From assembly GCA_038496445.1 (NCBI GenBank), contig JALMLS010000594.1, positions 1 through 64,000 on the forward strand: 64,000 nt of DNA, in the 5' to 3' direction. This document shows, piece by piece, positions 38,892 through 52,308 of this stretch (within the stretch, counting starts at the first letter, position 1; the number at the start of each line of letters is the position of its first letter). The stretch comes from Trichosphaerium sp. ATCC 40318 (lineage: Eukaryota; Protista; Tubulinea). The notes under the pieces are model-generated. The model searched no databases, was not told the DNA's origin, and saw nothing but the letters and a program-made list of their open reading frames with translations. The position numbers and the translations under genes were made by a program.

Positions 38892-40746
38892 TTATAGCTC
38901 ATTAGTTAGCCAATGCATACCCTATGAACAAAGTGAGTAAAAAACAAGTGCAAGTAAATAACCAAATGTAAAAATAAACGTGCTAACACTAAAAAACTCA
39001 CCGAGTACAATTGATCAGTAAAATTTTCTGTATCCAACATCTGAATACACCAAGGTCTCTTCATTTCAGAAACACCCAATTCTATTATAACAATAAATAC
39101 GGACAAGCAAGGTAGATAAAACCATGTTTCAAAAAGCGATAGTTTTTTTCTTGTTTTTTTCGTACCTATTGATGCTGTGTTGATATCTTTGTAGTCGCCT
39201 CTTGTACCAATACCATATATTAGTAACGGTTCTTCGGTATCACTCAAAAGGTCTTGTAGCTGTTTACGAGCATCTGATATATTTGCCAAGTCAAGAACAT
39301 ATACGAATGCATGTGCTGTTTTAAAGAATTTTTTCCATGAAGCTCTTACGTCTTTTTCTTTATCTTTACAATACATTGCTGCTAAATTAAGACGTGTTTG
39401 ATTCACACAAAATTCTACGCCAGAACCTACGGTATAATGGTAAGCAAAATGAATTTCTTGGCACTGGATGAGAAGACGAAATGTTGTTTAAAAGGAGAAA
39501 AAAAAATTGTACCTATTCCGCCTTTACCAGGATGAAGTTTGCTCATCTTAAACGGTGTCTTATCATCCCACATCATTGTATATAGTAAATGCTTTGAGTT
39601 TAAAGGTACTTCCATTCCACCACCAAAAATAGGAACCCGAAAGACTCTAAACAAGAACACGTGTCAACAACAATCAGTTCAAAAATAAAAAAAGTTTGTT
39701 TTTTACCTCTGTGAGAACGGCATTGATAATTCGAAAGGTAAATTATTAGAAACACTTTGATTAATTCTATCCCAAGAAGATACACGGTTAAAAGCTACTT
39801 CTCCAGAAGGCAAATTGCGTAAATGTTCACATTGCTCACGAACAGCTTCTTCATATTCTTTACAGTTTCTACCTTCTTGTCTAAGGTATTTTTGCTTCCA
39901 AGTAGGTTCATTAGTATCTATTACTCCATTCTAAGAGAAAAATAAGATATCACAAACACATACAACCAGTGAAAAAGAGGTAGACTAACATTTTGATTTT
40001 CTTCTTCTGGCATATCAAGTAATGACATTACAGAGCTCCAAATCTGCTTAGATGGATCAAAATATGTTTTCTTTGATCCACCTTGTATAGTTGTCCATGA
40101 TCCAACATTTTCATGCCATAATCCTGCCCACAAATACTCTAAACGACAAAAATCAGTACAACTCTTCAACTTTGAACCAAAAAACAAAATCCGAGTTTCT
40201 CTGAGTGGTAACACACCTCTATTTGTCCATGCTAACCATTGTCTAAAGAATTCATAAGAGAGGTGAACATACGACAGGATTGTATCCGAAACAGGATAAA
40301 AAAAGAAATCACGTACTTGCAAACTGCACCAGCGCGATGTACGTGCGTTGGATCTTCGCTAGCAACGTAATAAAATATTCTCAATACAACGTCTTCGTTT
40401 AAAATATGTATAAACGACTCAGGAGTTGGTTGATCATCTAGCGCAGTTGTATCTTCTGCTACAAGATGTATTAATACCTCACAACCTGTGAATAGTTTGG
40501 ATGTTACCTGAAGACACTCCGAACTGTTCGACAATGTTATCAGATAGTATCTCCACATTTGTTTCGAGTGTAGAGCCTAAACGGCCTATATTATCTTTAA
40601 CTACAGACCAAGCTCTACCATAGCGTTAAGAATATCTTTTTCGACGTATTGACGCACTGTGCGGTATCTGTACGAGCTTTCGAAAACCTATCGGTTGCTC
40701 CAGACACTAGAGATGTCCAAACTGATTGTGACGCAACAGCTGCCAT
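38892..40746 (-). CDS. FBXO4-like F-box protein (F-box + degenerate small-GTPase fold)
   Basis: F-box ILNEDVVLRIF...GAVCKQW; C-terminal IFGGGME, GIGSGVEF.VN, AFVYV, RPW.IQ and GMHWL motifs recall FBXO4. 5' exons are tentative. Confidence 0.65.
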
Positions 40747-40938
40747 TGTATTATAGTTTTTGATTGTTTGATGTTATATTCTACGTCAGCATTTCAACAA
40801 AAATGAGACGTCAGCTGTTTACAGAAAATAATTCTCCAGTCGCTTTTTGGAATAATGTTACGGAGGTCGGTCAAAACTAGTCTAACAACCGGAAATAGCC
40901 TTGCTCTTGACGTTTAGCACTTTATACGCTCAGGAACA

Positions 40939-42543
40939 ATGGATGACGACGAATTCGTTAACTGGTATGATGTTTTAAAGGTTGCGCCTGGTAGCAATGA
41001 AAAAGCAATTAAAAAGGCGTATTACGCGCTTTCAAGGAAGTACCATCCAGATAAGAACCAGGATGATCCCAGAGCGAGTACGCAAAATAATAATTTATAA
41101 TTTCGTTCTAATAGACTACAGGCGATCTATTCGTACGCGTAAACAAGGCTTTCGAGTTCTTGTCGAACCCAGACCAACGTGAGGCGCTGGATAAAGAATT
41201 AGCCAGAAAAGAGCGTTTAAAGAAACGACGAAGGGACCAGACAGCGACTAGACTAGATATGGTTGATCAACTGATAGAACGTGAAAAAAATGCAAAGCGT
41301 CGAAAGCGCCAAGACCATGCCAAGGATATGCAACGTAAGGCAAACGTACGTATTTAACCTTTTAACGGTTAAAAAAAAATTATCTAAGAGAGCAACAAGC
41401 GTTTTTCTGCTCAATAGACTAAAAGTCCATTATTTACATTCTCCAGTCCTCTAATACGCTATAGCTTGAACAACTGAAGCGACAGAATGAGGCGCGTATG
41501 AAGCGTGATATCGAAGAGAAAAAAAACCTGGCAACTCAAGATTACAACCCTTTGAATGCGACTTTAAAGATAAAATGGGATAGAAAAAAGTTACCTTACA
41601 GGGAGGAAAAGATAAATCAAATTTTTAAACATTTCGGTCCTATAGACCAGATAGTAATGAGAAGTAAAGGTGGTAGCTGTTTAGTAGTTTATAAGGATAT
41701 GGCAAGCGCGGTACGTAATCTTTTTTATCGTATACTGTACTTGTAATACGAGTGTTCTTCACAACTTTATTTTCTATTTTTTTTTTGCTGGCACTTTTTG
41801 TCAGTTAGAACCACGTGAATAGCGAACTATACTTGCAATTATAATAATAACAATTCGTGTCGTTATTTTAATAGTGTTGTGTCAATGTGATAACGTCACA
41901 TTGAGAACCATCACGTGACACATGATAAAAATACCAGCTGTTTTGATAATTTTTTTCAAATATTCTTATTTTTGCTTTTTATCGGTTTATGTTCACAATT
42001 ATGTACTGATTCTTTCCATAGTACAAAGCCATGAATAAACAAAGCCACTTGGTAAATTTCACAATTACTTGGGCTAATGGACGTGCACCTCATGAGACTT
42101 CAACACAGTCAACATCATTCAAACAAAACGATAAAAAATCTCAAAGCAGTAACGACAACCCATTATCACAATTATTCAATTTTGAGAACAAAACACATGA
42201 CCAGATAATGAGAGAACACGTTGCAGCAGAAGAAACTATATTAGGTAAAATGAGAAAAGCAGCAAACATTCAAAAAAGTCAAACAAAAGTCAATGGTATT
42301 CAAAGTGTTGATGGTAATGTAAATGAGATGAAGTCACTTGAAGAGTCACTTTTGGCGAATCTAATGAAGGCTGCTGCTAGTCAGAAGTCACAGAAAGGAT
42401 CTGTTTCAAGTATGCCTGATTTCCCTGTAAATAATCAAAAGAAGGAAACAACAGACTATGCACGTGAGAGTGTATCAGAAATGAATATGAGACGGTATTC
42501 CAGCAGTACAAATGGTGGAGTTATAGACTTGACAAAGAAGTAA
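40939..42543 (+). CDS. DNAJC17: J-domain + RRM spliceosomal co-chaperone (DNAJC17/Cwc23)
   Basis: YDVL...IKKAY...KYHPDKN J-domain, charged coil, RRM TLKIKW...IFKHFGPI, C-terminal E..IL.KMR motif. Confidence 0.8.
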
Positions 42544-42908
42544 AGATGTATAAATAAACAAATAAAAACAATAGCAACAAGTGCGATTAGTAATCAAAGA
42601 AATCTTTTTTAGATTGTGCATGTTTTTCTTAATCAATGTTCGCTTTGCTTTGATTTCAGAGACAGTACTCTTAGCTATGTTAACAAAATAGTGAGCAACA
42701 ACATATGACATTGATAACTGTACAACTATTGACGGTGCACGATAGGACAAAGATCTAAGATGCAGTCATGAGCTATCAAATTGCTCTTCATGATACAACA
42801 TTGTTAGCTCACTCATGTATGTGTAGTTTTGTGACAGCATGTAGTCGTAACACAGGATAGTAACTCACTGTATCCTCTGGCTTTTTTTATCTGTACTTTA
42901 TTGTAATG

Positions 42909-43986
42909 TTACAAGTCTGTTTGTTTTTGTATAGTATTTTTTTGTGTAGACTCTTGTTCAAGTTTCTGTTTTAACAATTCTCCAAGTTGGAATTCCAGAT
43001 CACTTCCAAAGCCTACTGTTATACGAATGCCCAAGACTCTAACATGAAGTGTACCCTTTAACGAAACAGGTATAGCACCTGATGATATATCTTTCGCAAG
43101 CTTCTTTAATAATTTGATGTATTGTTTACCAGGTATCTCCAAACTGGTGCTTGAGAAACGCAAAAAGACTGGAATATGCTAACAAACATATCAAAAAAAA
43201 AAAAGAAAAAAAGAAGAAAGAACGTCTCAACGTTCCAACAATGAATTCATTAATGCGTACCACTTGACCTCTTGATAGTAGCGTAGGATTAAATAGAGAC
43301 GCCTAAACTGTATTAAACAATGTGAATAGATTTAGGAGCGTACACGACCAAGGGTTACTGAAAAGCCTTTTCCGCTGAACGCCATTTCAAAAAATGCACT
43401 TTCCATCACTACCGAAAGATAATTCCTGTTAAAAATAGACAAAGTAAACTATCGGTGTAGTTAGTTGAATGGTGTTAAGTAAGACGCTTACCGATAGATC
43501 AACGTCAACTTGAGGATGTCCAAAGTCAGTGATGGATGCTAGGGGTTATTTATTACAAACTCGCCTGAATAATAACACTTACAGTTGGTGTATTTTGTAT
43601 TGCTAATGGAGGTTTGTATTGGTTTTGGTATAACGACTGCACAAAATGTTAGCTACAATACAACTGTCGTTCACTATTGTAACATACGAGAAAGGAACAA
43701 AAAAGAACCAATCAACACTAAAATAACACCAATTGTTTTCCATTGTCTAAAAAAAGAATCAATTTATATGTTGATTTTATTTGAAAACTTGTTAGTCACG
43801 TGACGTGAAAATCCGAGGAGCCCGGCGAAATAGTCGATCACGTGCCTTTTTAATCGCAATCTACGAAGATTCCGTACATACTCCATCGATGGTATGTTCA
43901 AGTCTTTGTCCAGTACGTACTAATTGCAGTTAAAAGTGAGAGGTTCGTACAGCTGTGCTAGTTGTTGTCATTACCTTCCTGCGCAT
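42909..43986 (-). CDS. Single-TM protein with possible LEA_2/NHL-like beta-sandwich
   Basis: Spliced frame: TM WKTIGVILVLIGSFLFLSLVVIPKPI followed by beta-rich exons ending PVSLKGTLHVRVLGIRITV; start is tentative. Confidence 0.5.
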
Positions 43987-44149
43987 GTTGCTCTTCTCAT
44001 TAAATTGTACACTGGAGACAGTGAGTATAGACCTTCGCTCTTTCATACCTATAATGTTTTCTAAGCTCCATCAGGTATGAGGGTTGGATGTAGGAACAAA
44101 TGTATGAACTATTTGTTAAGTACTTTACTAACTTTTTGCGAATAACTAG

Positions 44150-44300
44150 TAACAACTGGCTTGCTTTGGCAAAGATACATACAGCATTGTATTGCCAATG
44201 GTAAACGAGAAGGAAAACTAAAAGATGCATGAAAATGGCAACTGATATTGCAATGGCAAACAAGAAGGATAATAAACAATAAAGCGGAAGTGTAGGTATT
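44150..44300 (+). pseudogene. Decayed MORN-variant repeat remnant
   Basis: aatggtaaacgagaagga (NGKREG), catgaaaatggc and aatggcaaacaagaagga (NGKQEG) in broken frames. Confidence 0.4.
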
Positions 44301-44607
44301 TGAATTCTCTACAACTTTAGGTATTCCGTTGGTTTTGATTGTTTTTAATGGCCATTTATCCTTTCATATTACGTTGTTACTGCCCTCGTGTAGATTGAAG
44401 GTTGTGTTTGGGTTTATAGATTCAGTGATTGCGATGAATTCGTGTATGATCCGATTTGTATGTAATTTGATGTTAGTTTTTAGTCAACTACTAATTGACG
44501 TCCCAAGCATAGAAACAAGTTGACCGGTACGGAAGTGTCGTTTACTTGATATTATTTTAGAAGAGAAGCCAATTGCGCTTATAGTTAGCGAAAAGAGAGT
44601 ATGAAGC

Positions 44608-45789
44608 ATGAAATGGAGAACTCCAACAGTGCAAAACAATATTCGGTATTGCTATATCACGTTAATGAGTAAGTGAAAACTCATTGATATTCGTTTTTTT
44701 AACGTTCTTTGTTTTGTGCTTTAGCGTCAAAGACATATGTCATGTCAGCGGCTGTTATGATACATTCACTTAAACTACTGAAACCTAAGTACCCGATTAT
44801 TATTCATTACAGAAAATCTGGTAAATGAAGTACGGCGGAAGGACTCTCTTTTTTTTTCTTTTTTTTTTTTGTTGATTTGCTTCTGTTTTTTTTGATTCTT
44901 GCTTTAGCTTCCAGAAGAGTTTAAGGTACCGCCTGATGAAATAAGGGTCATAGACCCATTCCATGTTAGCCATGAACTTGTTTCCCACTTTCTAAGAAAG
45001 CCTGTATGTGGAACCACTTAATTCAGTTAGCCATATTCACATATCCAACACCGTCTGGTATGAACACCATCATACTCTTATCTCCTATCTAATTATAGCT
45101 AGCCCACCTAGAGTACTGGGCAAATGAAGACAAAGAATATTCTAATACAGGTATGCTATGAATCAAGCTGTCATGAAAATACTGATGTATTTTTAACACA
45201 AGGTTTCTTCGTTTTTGAACCGAACGAGACGGTTTACAACCATCTCGAAAAACTAGTCAGGGAACACTTTATAGCAGAGCTTAACTTAACGCTATGTTGT
45301 GATCAATGGTTACTCAATTATGCTTTTGTAGAACGTAATGATTCGTTGAGATGGAATTTTTTGTCATGGTACGTTCATTGATACATTGAGATGAAATTGT
45401 GTCTTTAGCTCATCTCGTGAGACATTTTTATTTTGAAATTACTACCTTTTCACCTTTACTCTCTTACTATGTTGATAACTTTAAAACAGGGTATGTTATT
45501 GATGGCAGAAACGTTAATTATCAACGGGTACATTGGTTTCGTGCATGACTTGTTGGTAGAAGAGTATCCTGATCTTGTAAACAACAAACAGTTTTTTTTT
45601 GCAAAACCATTATTTGAACCAAAGCCAACACTTGATCAGAATGTCACATGGAATCCTCGTCAACAAGACCATCTTCCTATTACATTCAAAATATACTATA
45701 ATGATTTAAGACTAAAGAAGTATATACCTACCAACGACTATCAAATGTACAATCACAAAAACAAAACTGAGTCGTCACCAAGCTTGTAA
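44608..45789 (+). CDS. GT8 (glycogenin-like) glycosyltransferase, apparently incomplete
   Basis: YCYITLMTSKTYVMSAAVMIHSL, NTGFFVFEP and DQWLLN motifs; no DxD-containing exon found; both ends are tentative. Confidence 0.55.
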
Positions 45790-46283
45790 GTAATTTTAAA
45801 CCTAAAAAACTTAACCGGTTTTTTTACATTAAAACTAGTCCTTTGTAATTTCACATAAGTGCACTGTGGTACTTTATGAATGAAGATGTGGAACATTTCA
45901 AGCGTTTGGTTGGACAGAACAAGACTGTTAATATCGAAGGACACAATAGACAACAAGACAATGGCGAGTAGCAATCCTCACCCTGAAATCCTTTTCTCTT
46001 TTCTCAAAAAATTTTTCCTTCTAACACATTTCCAATGCACATAGTCTTCTTAAAAGTAGAAAAAATCCGCTCGTGTGGCTATGCTAGAACCACCAAAGAC
46101 TGAGCGTCTTTCTTCCCAAACCGCGTATCCCTTATATTGACAATGTTGTTTAATCTAATACAAATACACATAGTGTCTTTCCTCTCAAACGATTGCAATG
46201 CTTTTTATTTATTGATGTTTGGCATAAGTTTAGACTTTTAAAGGCAGTGAAACGCGCATTATATGTTCATTGTATACTGTGTT

Positions 46284-47447
46284 TTAAAATCGTCTTTTGA
46301 ATTCCCGGATTAACTTTGCAACTTCAAAGTGACCATTTGTTTCGGCAACTAAAAAACAAGTTAAACAAATACTCTTAAAACATTTGTTTCATACTTTTTG
46401 TAGCAGTAGCGTTGAACCTTTCAACTTCAATATCAACGTTGATTTCATCAGCAAATGCTTCAAGAAAGAACTTAACAACTTTAATATGACCACAAATACA
46501 AGCCCAATGCAAAGGCGTTCCTATGGAACAATTAGCGAAACTTTACAAAGTTTGTTTTTGTCACGTGATTCTTATAAACAAACGCGGTACCTGCACAATC
46601 TTGGTTCATCATGATGATTTTCCCACTTCTACGGCCACCTACCGCAAACTCCGTTGGAAAGAATATACCTTACACTCAATGAACACGATAGAAAGTACAA
46701 AAAAAAGTCTAACATTCTCTTTATGTTACCTTTGTCATAAGCGATCTTCCCCTACGTTTACTTGCGTTAGTAAATGAAATTCATTTAGGTAGTTTTTTAA
46801 TCACGTACTTGGTATGGAGATGAGTAGTTTCCATAGTAGTGAAAAGAACCGTACAGAGATGGAGTATTTATTTTAATCTCATCAACTTTTTCAACCAGTT
46901 CATTGTATTCACCTCTGAAACTTAATCCAGTAATATGTGTAGATGCATTTATAAGCGCTCCCTGTGATCTATCAGTTTCCGATCTCGCATATTGCTTCTC
47001 TTCAAATACAGCCTTAAAATTGTTACAACGGAAGAGAAGAAAAAACGACGAAAACGTGAATGTTGCTTGGCGAAAATGCCTTGTACTTTAACATGTGCGG
47101 ATTTTTTTAGAAACTCTCTGTATCTCTCCTTGTTGTTTTCCCCTTGTGGGGCTTCACCAACCAGTAATATCAACTGGGCTTCCCATATCTAACAGTTTTT
47201 TAACAAACAAAAAAGAAAACTGCTAGGATATGTCTGCTTTTACCTTGTTATCGTTACAACAGCTACTGAGAAGTTTGTTAACCTGCATGCAAGCAAAAAT
47301 ATCTTCAATATCGTCAACAAAGACTAACAGATGGAGTATTATCTGCAATTAATTAGCTTTGTTGTTGAATATTGAAATCAAGTTGTTTACCTCCATAGGA
47401 AAGTCTAGGATGTTATATTCGCCTCCAGAGTTTGTTTTTTCTTCCAT
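46284..47447 (-). CDS. F-box + ankyrin repeat protein
   Basis: ILDFPME/IILHLLVFV...CMQVNK F-box; TPLHWACICGHIKVVKFFLE and AETNGHFEVAKLI ankyrin segments. Confidence 0.75.
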
Positions 47448-47917
47448 TGTGTATAGTGCTGATAGCCAATGCTTATTCTTTCATATTCCTGCGCGAGATT
47501 TATGATAACGTTCATTGAATTGGTAGCTAATTTTTCCTGCGTTTTTTTTTTCAAACAACAATGGTAGTATCTGAGTAGTACACTTGATGTTATATCTTAT
47601 ACACTAATAATAGCGTCATTGAAGTAGCTACAACATTTTTTCAAGTTATGGTCTTGTCAGTACAGGTAAGGATGTACAAGTTATTTTTTTTACTTGGGAA
47701 TAATTCGAGAAATTATGTACCCTGACTCAGGTCAATATTCATTGATTTACCCAGTAATGAATGTAAGCCGCCTCGGCGGAGACAGGACCACAACTACTTG
47801 CGCATACAGTCTTCAAACAATACCTGTTTTGGGTAACATGGAGAACGTCCGAAAACACGAAAACGTGCCACGCAATAATTATTTTGACTTGGGTATTCTC
47901 CAATAAAAGCACTAAAA

Positions 47918-48904
47918 ATGCTACTACAAGCTGTTTTCGCTATATGTTTATGCTTTGTTGTTGCTGCACAGGTAATAATACCAATTCCTCCCGTAATTAA
48001 AGCTACCAACTTTAATTACACTGCAACGGGCAGTATTTCCGGTACAGACTTTCTCGCAAGCGGAAACTACACGTATATGGTTACAGGACCAGATTCGTTC
48101 GAATACGTACACATTTTAGTATCTTTCTTTGCTTTAACGCTTATTCTAGCGCTATATGAATGCATACCAGCTTGACGGAAGCGAAATTGTAACAAGTGCC
48201 CTTATTCACCAAAATGCTACTACGGTACGATACGATCTACGTGTCGGACATCATTCAACGAAAAACAACATTCGAAAGTAATTGCACAGTTTTGGGTTGA
48301 CATTAAATAGCGCTGTTGTATTGCTGTGTGACTATTAGCGCGTGATAAGTAAGCATGTATAACTTGCATAGTCTAGTAGCGCTATTTAAAACCGAGTCAA
48401 AGCTGTGCTATTAAAAATTGTCCGCCCGTTAGGCACAAATGATAGTTTGCTGTTGAAAAATGTAGTCACCTTTTAAGCATTGTTTTTGGCTATACAGTGT
48501 TAGCTTACAACAAAATTATAGAGGATATCTTACACCATAATGGATAAAATATGTCCCAAGGGAATAATACCAACACCACACTTGTGCTCTTGGTCAAAGG
48601 TACATCAACTTTTTTGTACCTACAATTTTTCTTATTTTTTTCTAGTTTAGCAGTACTTCATGGACACAAAAGTGCTTGCTTCCTAACAATGCTACTCAAC
48701 TAACCGATGTGAAAGTTGAAGATAACAAAATAACAAGAATAATGATTGAGGCTGAGGGCAATGAAGTACAGTACAAATTCCAAATCTTGACTACAATAGA
48801 TTTGCCTGCACCAACCGAAAAAGACTTCAAAGTACGCTGACATCTAACACTAGACAATTGTGCTGATATGTTTTCTATAGCTCCCACCACAGTGCAAAAA
48901 ATAA
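47918..48904 (+). CDS. Secreted ependymin-related-like protein (5 exons)
   Basis: Signal peptide; P.PP...NF start; several N-glycosylation sequons; ends P...DFKLPPQCKK*, resembling the EPDR C-terminal F..P..C motif. Confidence 0.55.
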
Positions 48905-49151
48905 TACCTCAACTTCTTGTGTGAATAAACGCATGAACGCTATTAGTAAGGTTATTTTTCGCTTTTGTCAAAAGTAGCTACGTGAAATACCCAAGAACTT
49001 TAAATCACGTGATTTTGTGCAAGCGTCAACGCTGTCAAATTGTTGACCTAATTTTTTGTTTGTACATGATCCATCTTTTACAAAGAGCACGTTAATATTT
49101 TTTGAGTATTGTTGGGTTGGCGTTGTAGGTTTTTTGGTCAAAGACAGTGTT

Positions 49152-50430
49152 ATGACTGTTAAACATAAGAATCGCTGGCCATGGCAAGCACTGAAACGTA
49201 AGTACTAGCGTACCTATGCTAAAAACATTCCATACCGCTCGTTCAACACTCCAAAAACCCAAAAAACATACAAAATACTAACAAGGTAATCGTAGGGAGT
49301 CTTGTTTTTCAAAACCACTTGCTACATTCCTGCTGCTACCGTACCTCTCTCTAGCTACTAGATCCGTGGCATGCCGCGTATCTAAGACATGGAGAGACAA
49401 TTTAAAAGTTAAACCTGTTTTGTGGTTGGAATTTAAAGGCGAGAAGAAGCCACTGAACTTGGACTCCCTTAGTGAATACACAGATAGATCAATTTGTATT
49501 ATAATGGAGTCAGGCAAAGCAATGGAAGTATTGGATGCTTTAGGCTATATTCCGAAGAGTTCAAAGGTTGTGGGTCTTGTGCTTTCAAGAGGAGGACTAA
49601 TTGAAGAAGAACAAAACGCTTTATCCATACTTTTTGATAAAATTTCTCGCTCTGTCGAGATCCTACAAATCTTAAATCATGCAGCAAAAGAAGTTTTGAT
49701 ACTACAAAGTATATTAGAACCATCACCTCTAACTAAATTAACAAGAGTACTCATAAAAAACTGCGGGAATGCTTTCTTTTTTTTCAAAAGTATTCTAAAA
49801 ATGGCACGTGGCATTGAGATTTTAAAGCTCGATTGGGGAGAAAATGGAAACATGACACAATGGAGAGCCCACGAACCTTTTTTTACCAATACCAATGAGG
49901 AAGAGCCTTTAAGCTCTTGTCCTGCATTCCATAACATCCGTGTTTTCAGCCTCTCGTGCCCTACTATTTGGTATAGGCCAACAAACTATTATGTTGTTGC
50001 TTCTTGGTTTCTTCCTCGTATGCCAAATCTCGAGTCCATTCCTCTCATTAGACTGCCTGATTCTCGTAAGATAAGCTTAGAGATTGGTACATTAGAGAAG
50101 GAGTTTGCAAAAGCTTTATTGATGAACTGCAAGAAACTTAAGTACATACATGTAGATCAAAGTGGATCAGATGAGGCATTTAGACTTTTGTTACAGTTGC
50201 CTTTTTTAGAGCATATGAAGATTCAGAGTTACAATAATGTTACATTTTCTGGTATGGGTCTTGAAGGTATATCTTGCCCTTCTATGAAGTGTCTTGAGGT
50301 AGGACATTTACGTGGAACAACGCCAGAAGGATTTAGAAATATGGCAAGAGCTTGTCCGAATCTTGTTACATTTAAAGGAAAAGGTGTCAAGGAAGCGCTT
50401 GAAGAAGAAGGAATAGTATTAGCAAAATAA
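49152..50430 (+). CDS. F-box-like/LRR protein (2 exons)
   Basis: ACRVSKTWR...LW F-box tail; LRR segments MPNLESI, CKKLKYI, LPFLEHM, CPSMKCL, CPNLVTF; a phase-1 intron links the ATG at 49152. Confidence 0.75.
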
Positions 50431-50873
50431 GGCGAAGAACAATTGCTGTTCACCACTAGAACCAAAAAATATAGACTCTTCTTTGCTAAGTTGCTTGTAA
50501 TGGCCAAAGCTCAGAAAGAGATTTTAACCCATCCATGTATAACTTTGAGATCACACAGTGACACGGAGTTGCGGAGTCTCGAAAAAAAACCTCCAAACCT
50601 GAGCTTCAATCTCATACGTTCACCTTTGGTTTACGAGATGATATTCTTAAGCATCGTAAGACATTTAGGGTAAATAAGTGAACTCGAGCGAAAAACGCAA
50701 GACGTAACTCGCCTTGTCAGGAAAAATTAGCTGAACTTCAAGCGCTCATACGTTCGCGTTTACACCTCGTAATAAAATGCCTGTTTCTTTGGAGCTATCT
50801 CAAGTGATGATGGTGATCTGAATGAAAATGTGCATTAGGGTTAAGATTGTATCAGCACAAAACTCCAATAACA

Positions 50874-52231
50874 ATCTATCTACAACCACTTCTCTTTTAT
50901 TTGCTGCTTTCATCTCTTGTATTAATATCAAAAGCTCAAACTGCAGCTGTTGTAGCCTACTACGTAAACTCTGGTTCTGGTACCGGTACTCTTCAACGAT
51001 TTGAGTTGTAGTCTGGAGCACGTATTAGCTCGTAAGTTGTCACTTCTTCTTCTATTTACAATACAACGTAATATAGCCTGTGTTTCCACGAATAGCTTCC
51101 TTATTTCTGTGAGCGTAAAAGCCAAGCTTTTTTTATTCATCAAAACACCTCTTACAGTTTTTATGCATCAAATCCATTTTTTTTTTTCTTCTTGAAAATT
51201 CCTTTTTTTTATTTGCTGCGGGTAAAAAAGAACGATTTGAACAATTAAGTATTGAAGTTTTTCCGTTTATTTTGGCGCTTTTGGAAAGGCTGTGTATTCC
51301 TTTTGTTAGCTCCTTCAACTTCACGAAATTTCTAAGATATTTTGTAACTTATTGTTGTATATTTAGCACATCTACAAAATGGCAATTTATTGTAGCTCAC
51401 CAAGTTGAACCTGGTATTGGTATAGTACAAACTTTGACACCTGGAAGTTGCACTCCTGTACAATAAAGATTAAGAACGTACTTTTATTAGTAACGCGATA
51501 TTGAAGATAGACGAATGTGCTGAAGCGGGCATGATTGGCCCAAACACAAACATGAATATTGATCCTAAAACGGGTACCTTGTATGGTACCATAGACAGCA
51601 TCGTTGCCATCAATTCTTTTGCATCACCGTATGAAGGTACTCATGTATGTTCACGTGTTGTACCAGGTCCCCCAACTGCGGCTCCAAGTACGGTTATTAA
51701 AAACGTGTTTATTTGTTTACATGTTATCTTCTAGCTGTTGTAATTGGTCCAATATCATACATGGGATATGGCAGTATGATTGTGCGTTCTAGGTTACCGG
51801 AAAATCCACCCGACGAGTGTCCAACTTTTGGATCAGGAATCGCAACATCATGTACCAACATTAAAGGTACAACAGATTAAAATAGAAACTTTTTTTGATT
51901 TAACTCTATAACATTGTTTACTAGCAATGGCTGTGTATGACAGGTCACATATCCTTGTTGTTTGTGGATCAGAAGAAATGGGAGAGTCATGTATGTACAA
52001 TACAACTTCTGCATCTTTGACAGCAAGTGGATTTGCTCAGATACCAACTCCAGATGATATTGTTGGCTTGTCTATTACACCATGCAAACCGTACTATTGC
52101 TTTTATACTTGTGTTCTCACTTTTTGATCTCCATTCTCACTTGTTGTTTTTCTAGAAGTCAGATTGATAGTGATATGCGTAGAGCTTTACTTTCAGGTTC
52201 AAGTGGTTATGGCGGCGGTATAATGACTACC
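50874..52231 (+). pseudogene. Secreted beta-propeller-like family, subtype A pseudogene
   Basis: Start ATG>ATC (50874), FELESG>FEL* (TAG 51009-51011), altered exon-2 donor and a 2-nt deletion at the stop. The first ~55 nt of the 3' flank are identical to those of the copy ending at 1088. Confidence 0.75.
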
Positions 52232-52308
52232 TAACTCTATGAGCAATGTTTCAATAAACAATTAGACATTTAATGAGTTGTTTCTTAGTACAAAGAGCTT
52301 GTATGCCT

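Noticed and set aside
50520-50800. Short imperfect direct repeats (cttcaa..ctcatacgttc) suggesting an element end
   Set aside because: Only two short copies, with no TIR, TSD or coding support.
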